Of a DNA stretch of 64,000 nt, positions 26,644-38,214 are shown piece after piece. How positions within the stretch are numbered: the first letter of the stretch is position 1; each line of letters opens with the position of its first letter. Origin of the DNA: Octopus vulgaris (Eukaryota); contig OX597814.1 in assembly GCA_951406725.2 (NCBI GenBank), forward strand, positions 170,190,001 to 170,254,000, written 5' to 3'. A program made the translations under genes and the position numbers. The notes beneath the pieces are model-generated. The model saw only the letters and a list, made by a program, of their open reading frames with translations, had not been told where the DNA came from and did no database searches.

Positions 26644-29600
26644 ATCAGCAACATCACTAGTCACAGAAGCAGTTCCCTGTAAACTCTGGAAAGCCAATTA
26701 CCTCATTTAACCCATTAGCGTTCAGATTACTTTGTCAAGTGTAACACTTATTTATTCATGTTGTTTTCAATTAATCATGCATTATCTTGTAACTTTGAGA
26801 TTTTAAGTGATGTGATTGTTTATTTTTAAGTGCTATGGATCCAGTCAGTTTGAATGTAAAATAGGTAGAATATTTTTGGCTGGATATGTCCAGTTTAAAT
26901 ACTAAAGGATTAAATTCCAAAGAACTGCAACTGCTATGCAGTAATTGAAAGTATCTTCTTACTCAGGATTGACACTGCCAAGATTTTCAAAAGTGAACGA
27001 AGAGACTAGATGACAAAATATATGCAACAATCAAGTCTATGTTTCAGAGATGAGGAATTTTATACTATGGACTAGTCAGAGAGACGTCTTCATCTTGAAT
27101 GCTGCTTTCACTATGTAGGCAACCTTATTTGAATCAGTGACGTTATGTTTCAGCAGGAGTCATCTATAATTATCTCCCCTGTTGCATCACTAGCTACTAG
27201 GTGGTGCTAGTTTCCTTGCCATAAAAGATGTGCACCAACACATCACTTTCTCTTTCTCTATAACATACACTGATGTTAAGAGATGAGCCCAGAGATGAGC
27301 TAAGCACTGCACTTTGAATTATTTCTGCTTGCCATTAGAAATGGGAATTTTCCTTTTTGTTACAGTTCTATATTAAGAGATGAGGAATTATGTACATTAT
27401 TTACATTATTTACATTCGACAAATATCCGTCGAATGTAAATAATGTAAACTTTTTGTTAATTGAGTTTCCTTAAGTTCTCACTCAGTTATGAAACTCAGC
27501 AAAATGCATTCAACCTTTTTATAGCAATTCCAGACAGCTTCGCTTGGATAATTATACACCCAGTGTATATACGTTTGTTCCAGGTCGGAATAAATTTCTT
27601 ATGCTTGAAGTTGTTACAAGTTCACACCTGTTGTCGTCATTCCTCATTGTATAAGTATTAACAGCTATTGAAGATGACCAGAATCTTATATTAAATTAGT
27701 GGGCTAAAAGCCTACTAAAGTGGTGACCTCAGAACCTTATATTCATATAGCAAACTTCCGTGCTATAACTACATTTCCATAGCATAGTGGATAAAGTCAC
27801 TGAAATGCAGTACAGCCAACTAGATGTACTGAGTTCAACTCCAGGCAAGGTATTAAGGTGATTGATAAAAAACCTTAAGAAGGTTGGAGTGTACACAGTC
27901 AAAATGTAGGGAAAGCAACAATTAAGATGAGGACACCATTCTGATTAATACATAATACAAATGTTTGGCTGCAGGACCACATTTATTATACTTATTTACC
28001 AAACCATAAAAACCAAACACAGCAAGCAAAAATATGTTGTATAGTTCCAAACTAGGCAGAAACATTGTAATCCTTGGTGCTAAGCCAATGTGAGAACATC
28101 TACGCAACTGTTTGATCTACTGGAAATAGCAATCAAATTCCCTCAACCTCAATACCTGGGAAATGCAGGCACAGGATTTCCCTGCATGGCATAGCTGCAC
28201 CAACAGAGGTGCTGCCTCCTATGAACAGAGCAGGATTGCAAGAACATTAAGAAAACATGAGCTGTGCAAGTTCAGAGCCAACACTTTGCCTTCAATCTCA
28301 GTAAACCACCAATGCCTTGTCTGCTTTTCCTTGTTTCTTTCTTGTAAACACAAGACACCCACCCACCCAGACACTGCTGGAAGTTGTTGCTGAACTTGTT
28401 GGCAAACAACAGCAGTAATTATATTCACCTCAATAGACGTCATTGATTGGTTGAAATTGCCAAAATACAAGAAATTAAACAAGAAGTAGCTTACAAACTA
28501 CAGAATTTTCTCAAGATAGCCAAGAGAAAAAGATGTTTTATGTGACACATTCTACCAGTATACGAAGTTTAAAAGTGTTTAGTTACAAAGAAATTATTTT
28601 TAAAATCTGCCAGTCAAAGTGAAAAGATCCACCTGTGGTAGAGGCTTCTGAGAATGTATGAGACTGATCAGCCACAGCTGGACACTCTGTGACCAATGTC
28701 CATCCATGTGGTGTCCTGAGTCATTGTTGACAAGGATGGATGAGCATTAATGTACCGTGCTTTCACTCCTGTTTTTAAGTGATTGTATAATCATCAGAAA
28801 GCGCAGACATACTGTCAGCCCTTGTACCCTTTATCCAAAAGAACCTCAAAAATATGGCAGCCAGAAGGAAAGAAATCTTCGCCCTACATAAAGATCCAGA
28901 ACAAACACCACAAGTCATTTTTTATGACATTCTGACATTTCAATCAAGCTTTCATTTAAAAAAAAAAGAAGAGCACATTAAATAAGATAGTAATAAATAT
29001 ACAAGAGGAGATATGGTCATGGCTGGAATGTTTTTGATCACAGGTTTATTCAATCAGGGCTGACCAGAGATTATTAATAAGCAGCAACAGCAATTAAATG
29101 ATTTCTCCTCACATCTGGCCGTTTGCCAGCCTCCCCTGGCCCCTGTGCTGGTGGTACGTAAAAAGCACTCACTACACTCACGGAGTGGTTGGCGTTAGGA
29201 AGGGCATCCAGCTGTAGAAATACTGCCAGATCAGACTGGAGCCTGGTGCAGCCTCCTGGCTTCCCAGACCCCAGTCGAACCATCCAACCCATGCTAGCAT
29301 GGAAAACAGACGTTAAATGATGATGATGATAATGATGATGATGATGAGGATGATGATGATGATGATGATGATGATCTGACTGACAGCAACATTCTATTTC
29401 TCAAATCAGTGAAGGCATGTGGTTTAATGGTTAAGGTATTCGGCTACCAATCATAACATCATGAGTCTGATTCCTGGCAGTACATTGCATCATTGAGCAA
29501 GACACTTTAGTTTGTATTGCTCCAGTCCACTAAGCTAACAAAAATGAGTAGTACCTGTATTTCAAAGGGCCAATCTTGTCACATTCTGTGTCATGCTGAA

Positions 29601-30061
29601 TCTCCCTGAGAACTACGTTAAGGGTATGCATGTCTGTGGAGTGCTCAGCCACTTGCACATTAATTTCATGAGCAGGCTGTTCTGTTGATCAGATCAACTG
29701 GGACCCTTATCATCATGTCATGATGTTTTCTCAAATCAAATACAAATCAAATACAATTTATTACTTAACTTCAAGAACAACAATAACCTTTCTGAACTAT
29801 TGGAGGTCCTCTATGCTGTCGTAGCTTGGGCTGAAAGAAATAGCAGCCAAATTTCCCTCAGATTATACCATTAATGTCTTAGAAAAAAAACAGCAGAGGA
29901 CAAATGAAACAATATAGTCGTTAATATAGAAAAAGACTTAAGATGGTGAATTGGTAGAATTGTTAGCATGCCAGGTAAAATCCTTAGCAGCATTTCATCT
30001 GTCTTTGTGTTCTGGGTTCAAATTCTGCCAAGATCAAGTTTGCCTTTCACCCTTTTGGGGT

Positions 30062-30751
30062 CCTACTGCCATGCAGTGCATCTTGGTTTTGCAGTGCTTC
30101 TCCCCTGTTTGTCAATTTTTGTGATGGCTGAAACAAAGGAACAGCATGCTTCCATGAAATTCTGTTTTCTGCTGGGGAAAATGATGGCTGAAACAGTTGT
30201 CATGCTTCAAACAGCTTACAAGCACGCTGCCATGAGCAGAATACAAGTTTACAAGTGGTTTTCATGCTTTAGGAATGGTTACTTGTTGCTTGAAGACCAA
30301 TATCGTTCAGGGCAACCATTGACCTTCTAAACAAATAAAAGCATCAAGAAAATTCATGAACTGATCTTAGAGAACAGCCACCGAATAATTGACGAACTTG
30401 TTGATATAATTGATGTGTCCCAGAGCTGTGGCTAACGAATTTTGAGCAAGGAATTGTGAACGAAAAGAGCTACAACAAAATTTGTGCCTTGCTTGCTCAC
30501 AGAAGATCAAAAGCAGTCAAGACTGAATACATGTTGTGAGCTGAAAGAACATTTGGAAGTTGATCCAGACCTTTTTGAAAATCATCACTGGTGATGAAAG
30601 CTGGTACTATGGAATTTGCAAATGTGGAAGAGGTGAAGAAAAAAAAATGACGGAGGTGTTAAAAGGTATCACTTTGCAAGAGTTTCAGCACTGCTTTGAA
30701 CAGCGGAAAGCATGTCTTGACTGATGCATTGCTTCAAATGGAGGATACTTT
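30062..30751 (+). mobile_element. Mariner transposase fossil, left part (interrupted by the Gypsy element)
   Basis: From ATG 30124: MAETKEQHASMKFCFLLGK...QVYKWFSCFRNG...EDQYRSGQP (Mos1-type HTH), FVPCLL (WVPxxL-like), ITGDESWYY, then a jump to the C-terminal CIASNGGYF. Catalytic core deleted; stops present. Confidence 0.9.
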
Positions 30752-31170
30752 TGTAGTGATGCTACTGTGTAGGGTTCGGCGCGCATGCGCAGAATGGGAC
30801 TACTTCCGGGTGGCCACCGGAAGTCTTCCCCATGCGCATGTGCGGGAAAACGTCCCTCGAGCCCGCGAACCTCAAATCTCTCTCTTCGGCTAAGACAGCA
30901 TTGCGATCGGTCACGAATTCTCGGCTCTGACCGCCACACGACCAGCAACCAACTTCAACCAACTTCAACGACCAACACGAAGCAGTATATCAGAGGCCGT
31001 CTTTCCCCCACCAGACAACGTACTACACTGAAATCAATAAACCAAACTACTGTCTGTTTACCCTTTTAACCTGAGTTCGTCTGTATTGTTTTCTGGAAGA
31101 ATTTTATATGTGACTAGATCGGATCTCGACACCCTTCCAGTGCTTCGATAATAGATCCTTTCACGTTACA
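30752..31170 (+). repeat. 5' LTR (419 bp)
   Basis: Starts TGTAGTGATG, ends TCACGTTACA; AATAAA at 31036-31041; followed by the PBS. Confidence 0.95.
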
Positions 31171-31172
31171 AT

Positions 31173-31182
31173 TGGTGACCCC
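31173..31182 (+). promoter_or_regulatory. Primer binding site, tRNA-Trp-like
   Basis: TGGTGACCCC 2 nt after the LTR end; complementary to the eukaryotic tRNA-Trp 3' end (...GGGGUCACCA). Confidence 0.8.
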
Positions 31183-31580
31183 AAGCTGAAAAAAAAAAAA
31201 AAGAACAGGATAGAAGAAGACACAGCGAACAGGTTTCTTTTGCCGGAGAGCGCGGAAAATTCATATTTATTTTCATTTTTTTTTCTCTTTTTCAGCACGG
31301 CGAGGTGGGTCAAATAACCTTATTCATCGCACTCAGTACACAAAACAAAAAACAAAACAAACAAAAAAAAAAAACAAACAGAAAAAAAAAGAAAACACAC
31401 ACATTCATTTTTCCTTTTCTGTATTTTGTTTTCCTTGTACACACACTTATTTTTTTTTTGCTACCCACGAGGTGCACACACAAACACAATTTTGATTTGC
31501 TTTGTCGGTTCCACGTGTTCTCTCTCCATTTCTCGACCATACTCTCTGCCCCCTTCTCACAGATTCCTTCCGACAAAGGC

Positions 31581-32060
31581 ATGGCTTCAGGTTTGCCTTC
31601 ATTCACGGGGGATGCGGGGCTGTGGTTTGCACAGGTGGAATCACACTTTGCCGCGCATACCATTCCTCCACAACAGCAGTTACATCTACTGTATTCAAGT
31701 TTGCCCTCCCGGCTCGCAACATCGGTCAGGGATCTCATTGTGAGTCCCCATCCTGACGCCACATATGCGTCAGTAAAGGCGGAAATCCTCCGTCGCAATA
31801 CGCGCTCAGAAGAAAGTCAGTTTAACGAGCTGATGGCCGACGAGCAGTTAGGGGACAGAACTCCATCCCAGTTTCTGCGCCATCTAAGGGAGCTAAGCGG
31901 CAACGCAGCAGACGCGCCGCTCTTACGTAAAATATTTTTTTTCAAGGCTGCCTGCCCACGTGCAGACAATGTTGGCCACGGCACTGGTTTCTGTGGACCA
32001 GATCGCCACGATGGCCGACAAGGTGTTGGACAAGGTGTCACCTTCTTCCATCTCGTTTCC
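31581..32060 (+). pseudogene. gag: Gypsy gag (capsid-like), frameshifted in a T homopolymer
   Basis: MASGLPSFTGDAGLWFAQVESHF...[18 protein letters not shown]...LLRKIF. Removing one T from the T8 run at 31935-31942 gives [15 protein letters not shown], in frame with ORF 31960..33630. Confidence 0.85.
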
Positions 32061-35000
32061 CAAACATCGTGCATTCTTTGTAAAAGATCTGGTGTCGAAG
32101 AAATTCTTCATGGTGGACACCGGCTCCTGTTGCAGCATCTGGCCCCTTCGTCTGGCTCCAGACAAGCCCAAGCGCTCTTCGATTGTCTTGCATGCTATTG
32201 ACTCGTCTCCCATAACCACTTACGGTCAGATTTCGCTGCGCCTCGACCTCAACCTTCGTCGAGACTTTCAATGGGTTTTCGTCATCGCTGACATCCCGCA
32301 TCCTATTCTCGGCGCTGATTTCCTGGATAGGTTTAATCTATTGGTGGATGTCAGGCGTCGGAGGCTTCTTGATAGCACGACGTCGCTCTCTACACCGACT
32401 GGGAGTTCCACCACTGCGGTCCTTAGCCCGACATTCTTTGTTGCCACCTCTGGAGACCCTTTTCACTCTCTTTTGGTTTCATTTCCGGAGCTAGGGGACA
32501 TTGCCTTTAAACCGGAAAAGCCTACCCACTCGACCCTCCATTTCATCACCACCACTGGGCCACCTGTATTCTCACGCCCCCGGCGCCTAGCGCCAGACCG
32601 ACTAAAAACGGCCAGAGCCGAGTTTGAGCACATGCTTCAACTTGGCCTTATACGCCCCTCCACCAGCCCTTGGGCATCTCCCCTTCATTTGGCGCGAAAG
32701 GGCGAGTCTGATTTTCGCCCGGTTGGAGACTATCGACGCCTCAATGCCGTCACAATAGCCGACCGCTACCCGATTAGAAATCTCCATGGTTGTACCATTT
32801 TTGCGAAGGTCGATCTGATACGCGCTTACCACCAAATACCGGTCAACCCAGCCGACGTTCCAAAAACTGCGATCACTACCCCGTTTGGGTGTTTTGAGTT
32901 TTTGTACATGAGTTTCGGTTTGCGGAATGCTACTAGCACCTTCCAGCGTTTCATTGATGAGGTTGTCCGCGGTCTTGATTTTGTGTTTGCCTATGTCGAA
33001 GACATACTCATTGCGAGCGACACACGAGAAAATCATCTCCGGCACCTTTCTCAACTCTTCCAGCGTCTTCACGCGTATAGTATACGCATAAATCCTGACA
33101 AGTGTGTTTTCGGACGCTCTTCCCTAGATTTTCTAGGGCATCATATTGATTCGACTGGAATCAGCCCCCTCTCGTCAAAAGTCGATGCCATTCAACGCAT
33201 CGCACCCCCCTCTTCCTTGCGCCAGCTCAGGCATTATCTAGGGATGATTAATTTCTACCGACGTTTCATTCCCGGTTGTGCAGATAAGCTGCTACCTCTC
33301 ACCAGGCTGCTAAAGGACTCTCCTAGAAAGGACGGTCAAGTCACCCTCTCTGTTGAGGCAGTGACAGCCTTTGAGTCCATTAAGAAGGAGCTGTCTTCTG
33401 TTTCTTTGCTTGCACATCCAGTTCCTGGTGCTTCTCTCTCTTTGACTGTGGACGCATCGGACACTGCGATTGGCGCTGTGTTACAACACACAGTGGATGA
33501 TCATGTTCGACCTCTAGCCTTCTTTTCCCGTCAACTGCAACCAGCTGAACGACGATACAGCACCTTTGATCGTGAGCTCCTAGCGATCTATCTATCGGTT
33601 CGTCATTTCCAGCATCAACTTGAAGGGTGAGATTTTGTGATCTATACGGATCACAAGCCCCTTACGTTTGCCCTGTTGTCAAAAACGGACAAACTCTCAC
33701 CCCGTGCTTTTCGGCACCTGGATTTTATCTCTCAATTCACTAGCAACATTCGACACATACCTGGAAAAGAGAACGTTCCTGCTGACGCTCTCTCTAGCCT
33801 TCCAGTTTGCGCCCTTTCGTCTCCTGCTGCTATCGACTTAGCTGCCATATCGCAGGAGCAGCCACCTTTGGTGTCGTTAGATTTAACTTCTCCCAAGTTC
33901 TCCTGTTGCCAGTTTTCCTACCTTCCGCTTCCGTCAGCCGAAGGCACCATTCTTTGTGACACTTCCACTGGATCTCCCAGGCCACTGGTGCCTGAGAACC
34001 ATCAACGCTCAGTGTTTGAAGCACTGCACTCCTTATCACATCCTGGCATCGCTGCCACCCTCAAACTAATCACTGCTCGGTTTTTCTGGCCGAATATGCG
34101 TCGCACAATTACTTCTTGGACACGCACCTGCTCCAAGTGTCAACGATCCAAGATTCAACGGCACATTCGTGCCCTGCTTGGACAATTTCCCCCACGGAGG
34201 CCCGTTTTCGCCATGTCCACATCGATCTGGTTGGACCATGGCCTGTGAGTCGCGGGTTCTCTTATCTATTAACTTGTGTCGATCGCTTCTCCCGCTGGCC
34301 AGAAGCCATTCCGATAGCAGACATTTCTGCTGAGACTGTTGCGCGAGCTTTCGTTTCAAACTGGATTTCTCACTTCGGAGTCCCGTCCCGATTGACAACT
34401 GATCGTGGACGACAGTTTGAGGCCTCGCTATTTCGCGAATTGTCGCGAATTTTGGGGATGCACCATATCCACACCACAAGCTACCATCCCGCGTCTAATG
34501 GATTGGTTGAGCGGTTCCATAGACAGCTCAAGGCCGCTCTTCGTGCCTCTTCAGACCCACAGTCCTGGATCGAATTTCTGCCCATTGTGCTTCTCGGCTG
34601 TCGGACTGCTGTCAAGGCAGACCTGGGGTTTTCTGCTGCAGAGCTGCTGTATGGTACCACACTGGCATTGCCCGGTACGATGTTGGTGCCAGACACTTCC
34701 CAGCCCCATGATCCGGCAACCTATGTCACCAGACTGCGGGCATATTTTTCGAACCTTCTGCCCATGGTTCCCAGAAAGCAATCTCCACCGTCCCATCTTC
34801 CACCGGATATGAACACCTGGTCGCATGTTTTTGTTCGGGACGATTCTGTGAAGGGCCCACTTGTTTCTCCCTATAAAGGACCTTTTCGTGTGCTTTCTCG
34901 CACACCAAAGGTTTTCACGATTGAGATAAATGGTCGTTCGGAGACCGTTTAAAAAAGGCATATTTTGAGACGTCTTCATCTTTTGATGACAACCTTGACA

Positions 35001-35209
35001 CACCCACCTATGCACCTTTAACAACACTTTCACCTGCACAAACGCCTTCACCTGCACAAACACCTTCACCTGCACAGACGCCTTTGCCTTCACCGGCTCC
35101 TACAACACCACCCTCGCCGTCAACGAGTGCCCCGAGCACACCGTATGTTACAAAATCGGGCAGAACAGTGCATTGGCCCAAGAAACTTTCAAAAACAATC
35201 TACATTTAA
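32061..35209 (+). pseudogene. pol: Gypsy pol (protease, RT, RNase H, integrase), disrupted
   Basis: Protease VDTGS...ILGADFL; [27 protein letters not shown]; RNase [26 protein letters not shown]; H2C2 (HSLSHPG...CSKC); integrase HIDLVGP, TTDRG, NGLVERF, PYKGPF; C-terminal TKSGRTVHWP. Stop at 33628-33630; frameshifts near 34190 and 34950. Confidence 0.93.
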
Positions 35210-35326
35210 CTTTCTTTAAAATGTTTTTCGTTGTATGATATCATGTACCAAGTCTTCTGGGGGATCGGCAAGCCTTCTGTTTTCTGCAGCAACACCACAA
35301 GATTCTTGTTGCCGTACTTCGCACTC

Positions 35327-35335
35327 GGAGGGGAG
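35327..35335 (+). promoter_or_regulatory. Polypurine tract
   Basis: GGAGGGGAG 3 nt upstream of the LTR copy starting at 35339. Confidence 0.75.
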
Positions 35336-35338
35336 CCC

Positions 35339-35515
35339 TGTAGTGATGCTACTGTGTAGGGTTCGGCGCGCATGCGCAGAATGGGACTACCTCAAATCTC
35401 TCTCTTCGGCTAAGACAGCATTGCGATCGGTCATGAATTCTCGGCTCTGACCGCCACACGACCAGCAACCAACTTCAACCAACTTCAACGACCAACACGA
35501 AGCAGTATATCAGAG
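35339..35515 (+). repeat. Internally deleted, 3'-truncated LTR copy in the normal 3' LTR position
   Basis: Matches the LTR 5' part but lacks 67 bp (equivalent to 30804-30870) and stops after TATATCAGAG. Confidence 0.92.
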
Positions 35516-35556
35516 TACATCTTGACTGATGCATTGCTTCAAATGGAGGATACTTT

Positions 35557-35975
35557 TGTAGTGATGCTACTGTGTAGGGTTCGGCGCGCATGCGCAGAAT
35601 GGGACTACTTCCGGGTGGCCACCGGAAGTCTTCCCCATGCGCATGTGCGGGAAAACGTCCCTCGAGCCCGTGAACCTCAAATCTCTCTCTTCGGCTAAGA
35701 CAGCATTGCGATCGGTCACGAATTCTCGGCTCTGACCGCCACACGACCAGCAACCAACTTCAACCAACTTCAACGACCAACACGAAGCAGTATATCAGAG
35801 GCTGTCTTTCCCCCACCAGACAATGTACTACACTGAAATCAATAAACCAAACTACTGTCTGTTCACCCTTTTAACCTGAGTTCGTCTGTATTGTTTTCTG
35901 GAAGAATTTTATATGTGACTAGATCGGATCTCGACACCCTTCCAGTGCTTCGATAATAGATCCTTTCACGTTACA
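35557..35975 (+). repeat. Third, complete LTR (419 bp)
   Basis: Same as 30752-31170 except 4 substitutions (3 are CpG>TpG); followed by TSD CTTT. Confidence 0.95.
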
Positions 35976-36051
35976 CTTTGAAGGCAATAAAAGTGTAAAC
36001 ATGTAAAACTAAGTGAAAAAAATACCGGTTTCTTTTGAGTACTCCCTCATA
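35976..36051 (+). mobile_element. Mariner right part: last codons and 3' TIR
   Basis: Joining the flanks across the TSD restores GGYFEGNKSVNM*. Ends ...TTTTGAGTACTCCCTCATA (TACGAGGG-type TIR with CpG decay). Confidence 0.85.
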
Positions 36052-37476
36052 CATACATATATACATATATGACTGGTTTCTTTCAGTTTCCATCTACAAA
36101 TCCACTCACAAGTGTTTGGTTGGCTTGAGGCTATAATAGAAAAACTTGCCAAGGTACCACGCAGTAGTACTGCGCCTGGAACCATGTGGCTGGGAAGCAG
36201 ACTTCTTACCACACAGCCATGCTTGCACCTATGCCAAGCCTGCAATTGCTTTGTTTTAGTTTTAGATTTAATATATCAAAACTCACAATATCCAATGTGC
36301 CCTTTCATTTTTTATATGATGAAAGTGTAACCTTGGCTGCCTTGTTTAGCAGATCGAGCTTCCTTATTTACTTACGTATACAATAGTAAAATAGCCAAGT
36401 ATATTTCTGAAACAGCTGTATGATTAACATACCATACTTTTGGCTCCGGAAATTATGGTTTCGAATCCAGTGCACACATGTCCTTGTGCTTTTATGAAGG
36501 ATATTAAATTCTATATTATTTTATTTCATGAAACAGAGTGGAATAACTAACAGACACTTCTAGAAAGAGTTATTTATGATAGTCTTTTATCTTTTACAGA
36601 GAAAGATTCACCACTTATTTACTTAACACAACAGAAACCAAGGCTGAGCCTTGTGAATATTTTGTGATATTTTCTTTTTCTTTTTTTTTTTTTGAGAATA
36701 GCCTTATTTTTTCCCCCCATTACAGTTCTAAACCTTTCTTCCTTGTATCCATGAAAAGCTCTATAGATTTTTCTCATCTCTTAAATTTAATTAAACAAAG
36801 ATGCAATAAAGATTCTAACATTAATAATTTTTTCATAAAGAAATCAATTAAGACTGATTTGTGTCAGTCTGCACAAGAACAATGGCAGATTGCCCTACTA
36901 TGCATCAATGTCTAGACTGATGTTATGGATAAAATGATGGGGATGTTTATTCAATGAAGTGAAGAGAAAAAAAGTCAACTCAATATACATGTCTCTGTTT
37001 GAAATTAACACTGGGAGATTTTCTACTTAATTAATTTCACCAAAGAAATGATACTACCAGTGAATATGATTAGCAAATTTCCCTGTGTTATCATATAATT
37101 AATATGACTTACTAATGTTTTCTAAGATGTCTACAGATAAAAATCATTTATTTCTTCATCTGTATACCTTTCAGATATATTAGGTATATTCACCAGTTTA
37201 ATACAAGCTTCCATAATGAACAGCAAAGTGGTAGGATTACTTGCAGCCAAATTTCACTCAAATGATATTATAGTAAGCATAATTAAATCTCAGGGACATG
37301 CGACATAATGTAGTCCCAGATGCACCATGTCTGGAAAGATAAAGATTGAGTGATTATGGCTGGAATGTCTTTGTTCATCAATCTGTTTGATCAGGGTTGA
37401 TCTAGGATCTGAGTTCTGTTATAATTCCACTCATATTTAGAATGCCATGTTGGAATATTAAGTCAACCTTATTTAC

Positions 37477-37708
37477 TAACCCTCTTGTTACCATATTTCT
37501 GCTGAAATTCGCTGCCTTCATTTTTTTTTTCATTACTTTTGAAAATAACAAAGAATTCAGTAAAATATTTTTATCATTGTTAAGCTGGTGTTTGGAACAT
37601 AACGTGACATTTTTGTGGATAAGGCTTTAATTCAAAACACTTCAAATCAGGAAGTTTGCATCATAAAACCAGGAACAGTTTCAGACAGATTGGTATCAAA
37701 AGAATTAA
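37477..37708. mobile_element. Second piggyBac-like MITE; partial inverted copy near 44338-44460
   Basis: TAACCCTCTTGTTACCA ... TGGTATCAAAAGAATTAA termini. Confidence 0.5.
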
Positions 37709-37823
37709 GCTGGTACTTTCTTTTATTGCATACTGAATAGTTGAAAGGCAAGATAGATTCTGAACTCAGAATGTAAAGATCCGTAACAAAAAATTACAGG
37801 CATGTTGTCCAATATTCTACCAA

Positions 37824-38214
37824 CTGGCAGTATTGCCCAGCGTTGCTCGGGTTTGTTTCGACCCTTTAGAATTGAAATTTTTGAAAAGTAAAAATTTTGT
37901 ATTATGTAGCTTATTATTCTCTTTAAGTGAACATTTTTCTGGTTGAAATACACCGAAAAATGGCGACATAGCAGTAAAAAAATCGTAAAAAATAGGGTTT
38001 TCATAGAAAAAAAGCACCTTTTTGATGTAAATAATTTTTGGTCTTAACATGGTCCGATTTGAATTTTTTCTTCTACGGAAGGAAGAGTACGCCTTCTTCT
38101 ATCATACTTTCAATTTTGGTCAACTTGCACCGCAGGGCCACAGAGGAGATAGTGTTAGTTGAAGGCTACCAAATCTGCCATACACAGACAACTTCAGCTT
38201 TATATAGAGAGAGA
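37824..38214 (-). mobile_element. Non-autonomous Helitron-like element, family B copy 1
   Basis: Shared with 57209-57572. Minus strand has a TC start and a GC hairpin (CCCGAGCAACGCTGGGC) before CCAG|T (CTAG-like). Confidence 0.7.

Larger units (their letters stand above)
30752..35975 (+). mobile_element. Ty3/Gypsy LTR retrotransposon, near full length, defective, with three LTRs
   Basis: 419-bp TG...CA LTRs at 30752-31170 and 35557-35975 (4 mismatches by eye). 4-bp TSD CTTT at 30748-30751 and 35976-35979. PBS and PPT present. Domain order gag-PR-RT-RH-IN. Confidence 0.97.

Noticed and set aside
31305-31580. N-terminal part of the 298-aa ORF
   Set aside because: Low-complexity A/T-run leader; Gag similarity starts at ATG 31581, and the ORF end after 31942 is out of frame.
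31930-31945. Programmed ribosomal frameshift at the T8 run
   Set aside because: It falls inside a conserved Gag motif (F.SRLP..VQ) rather than at the gag-pol boundary; a homopolymer indel or sequencing error is more likely.
32602-35093. Antisense ORFs inside the Gypsy element (156, 137, 180 aa)
   Set aside because: Shadow ORFs of GC-richer pol codons; no env-like or other recognisable features.
36408-36420. GAAACAGCTGTA hammerhead helix III-like motif
   Set aside because: No CTGANGA box or helix II at a suitable distance upstream.
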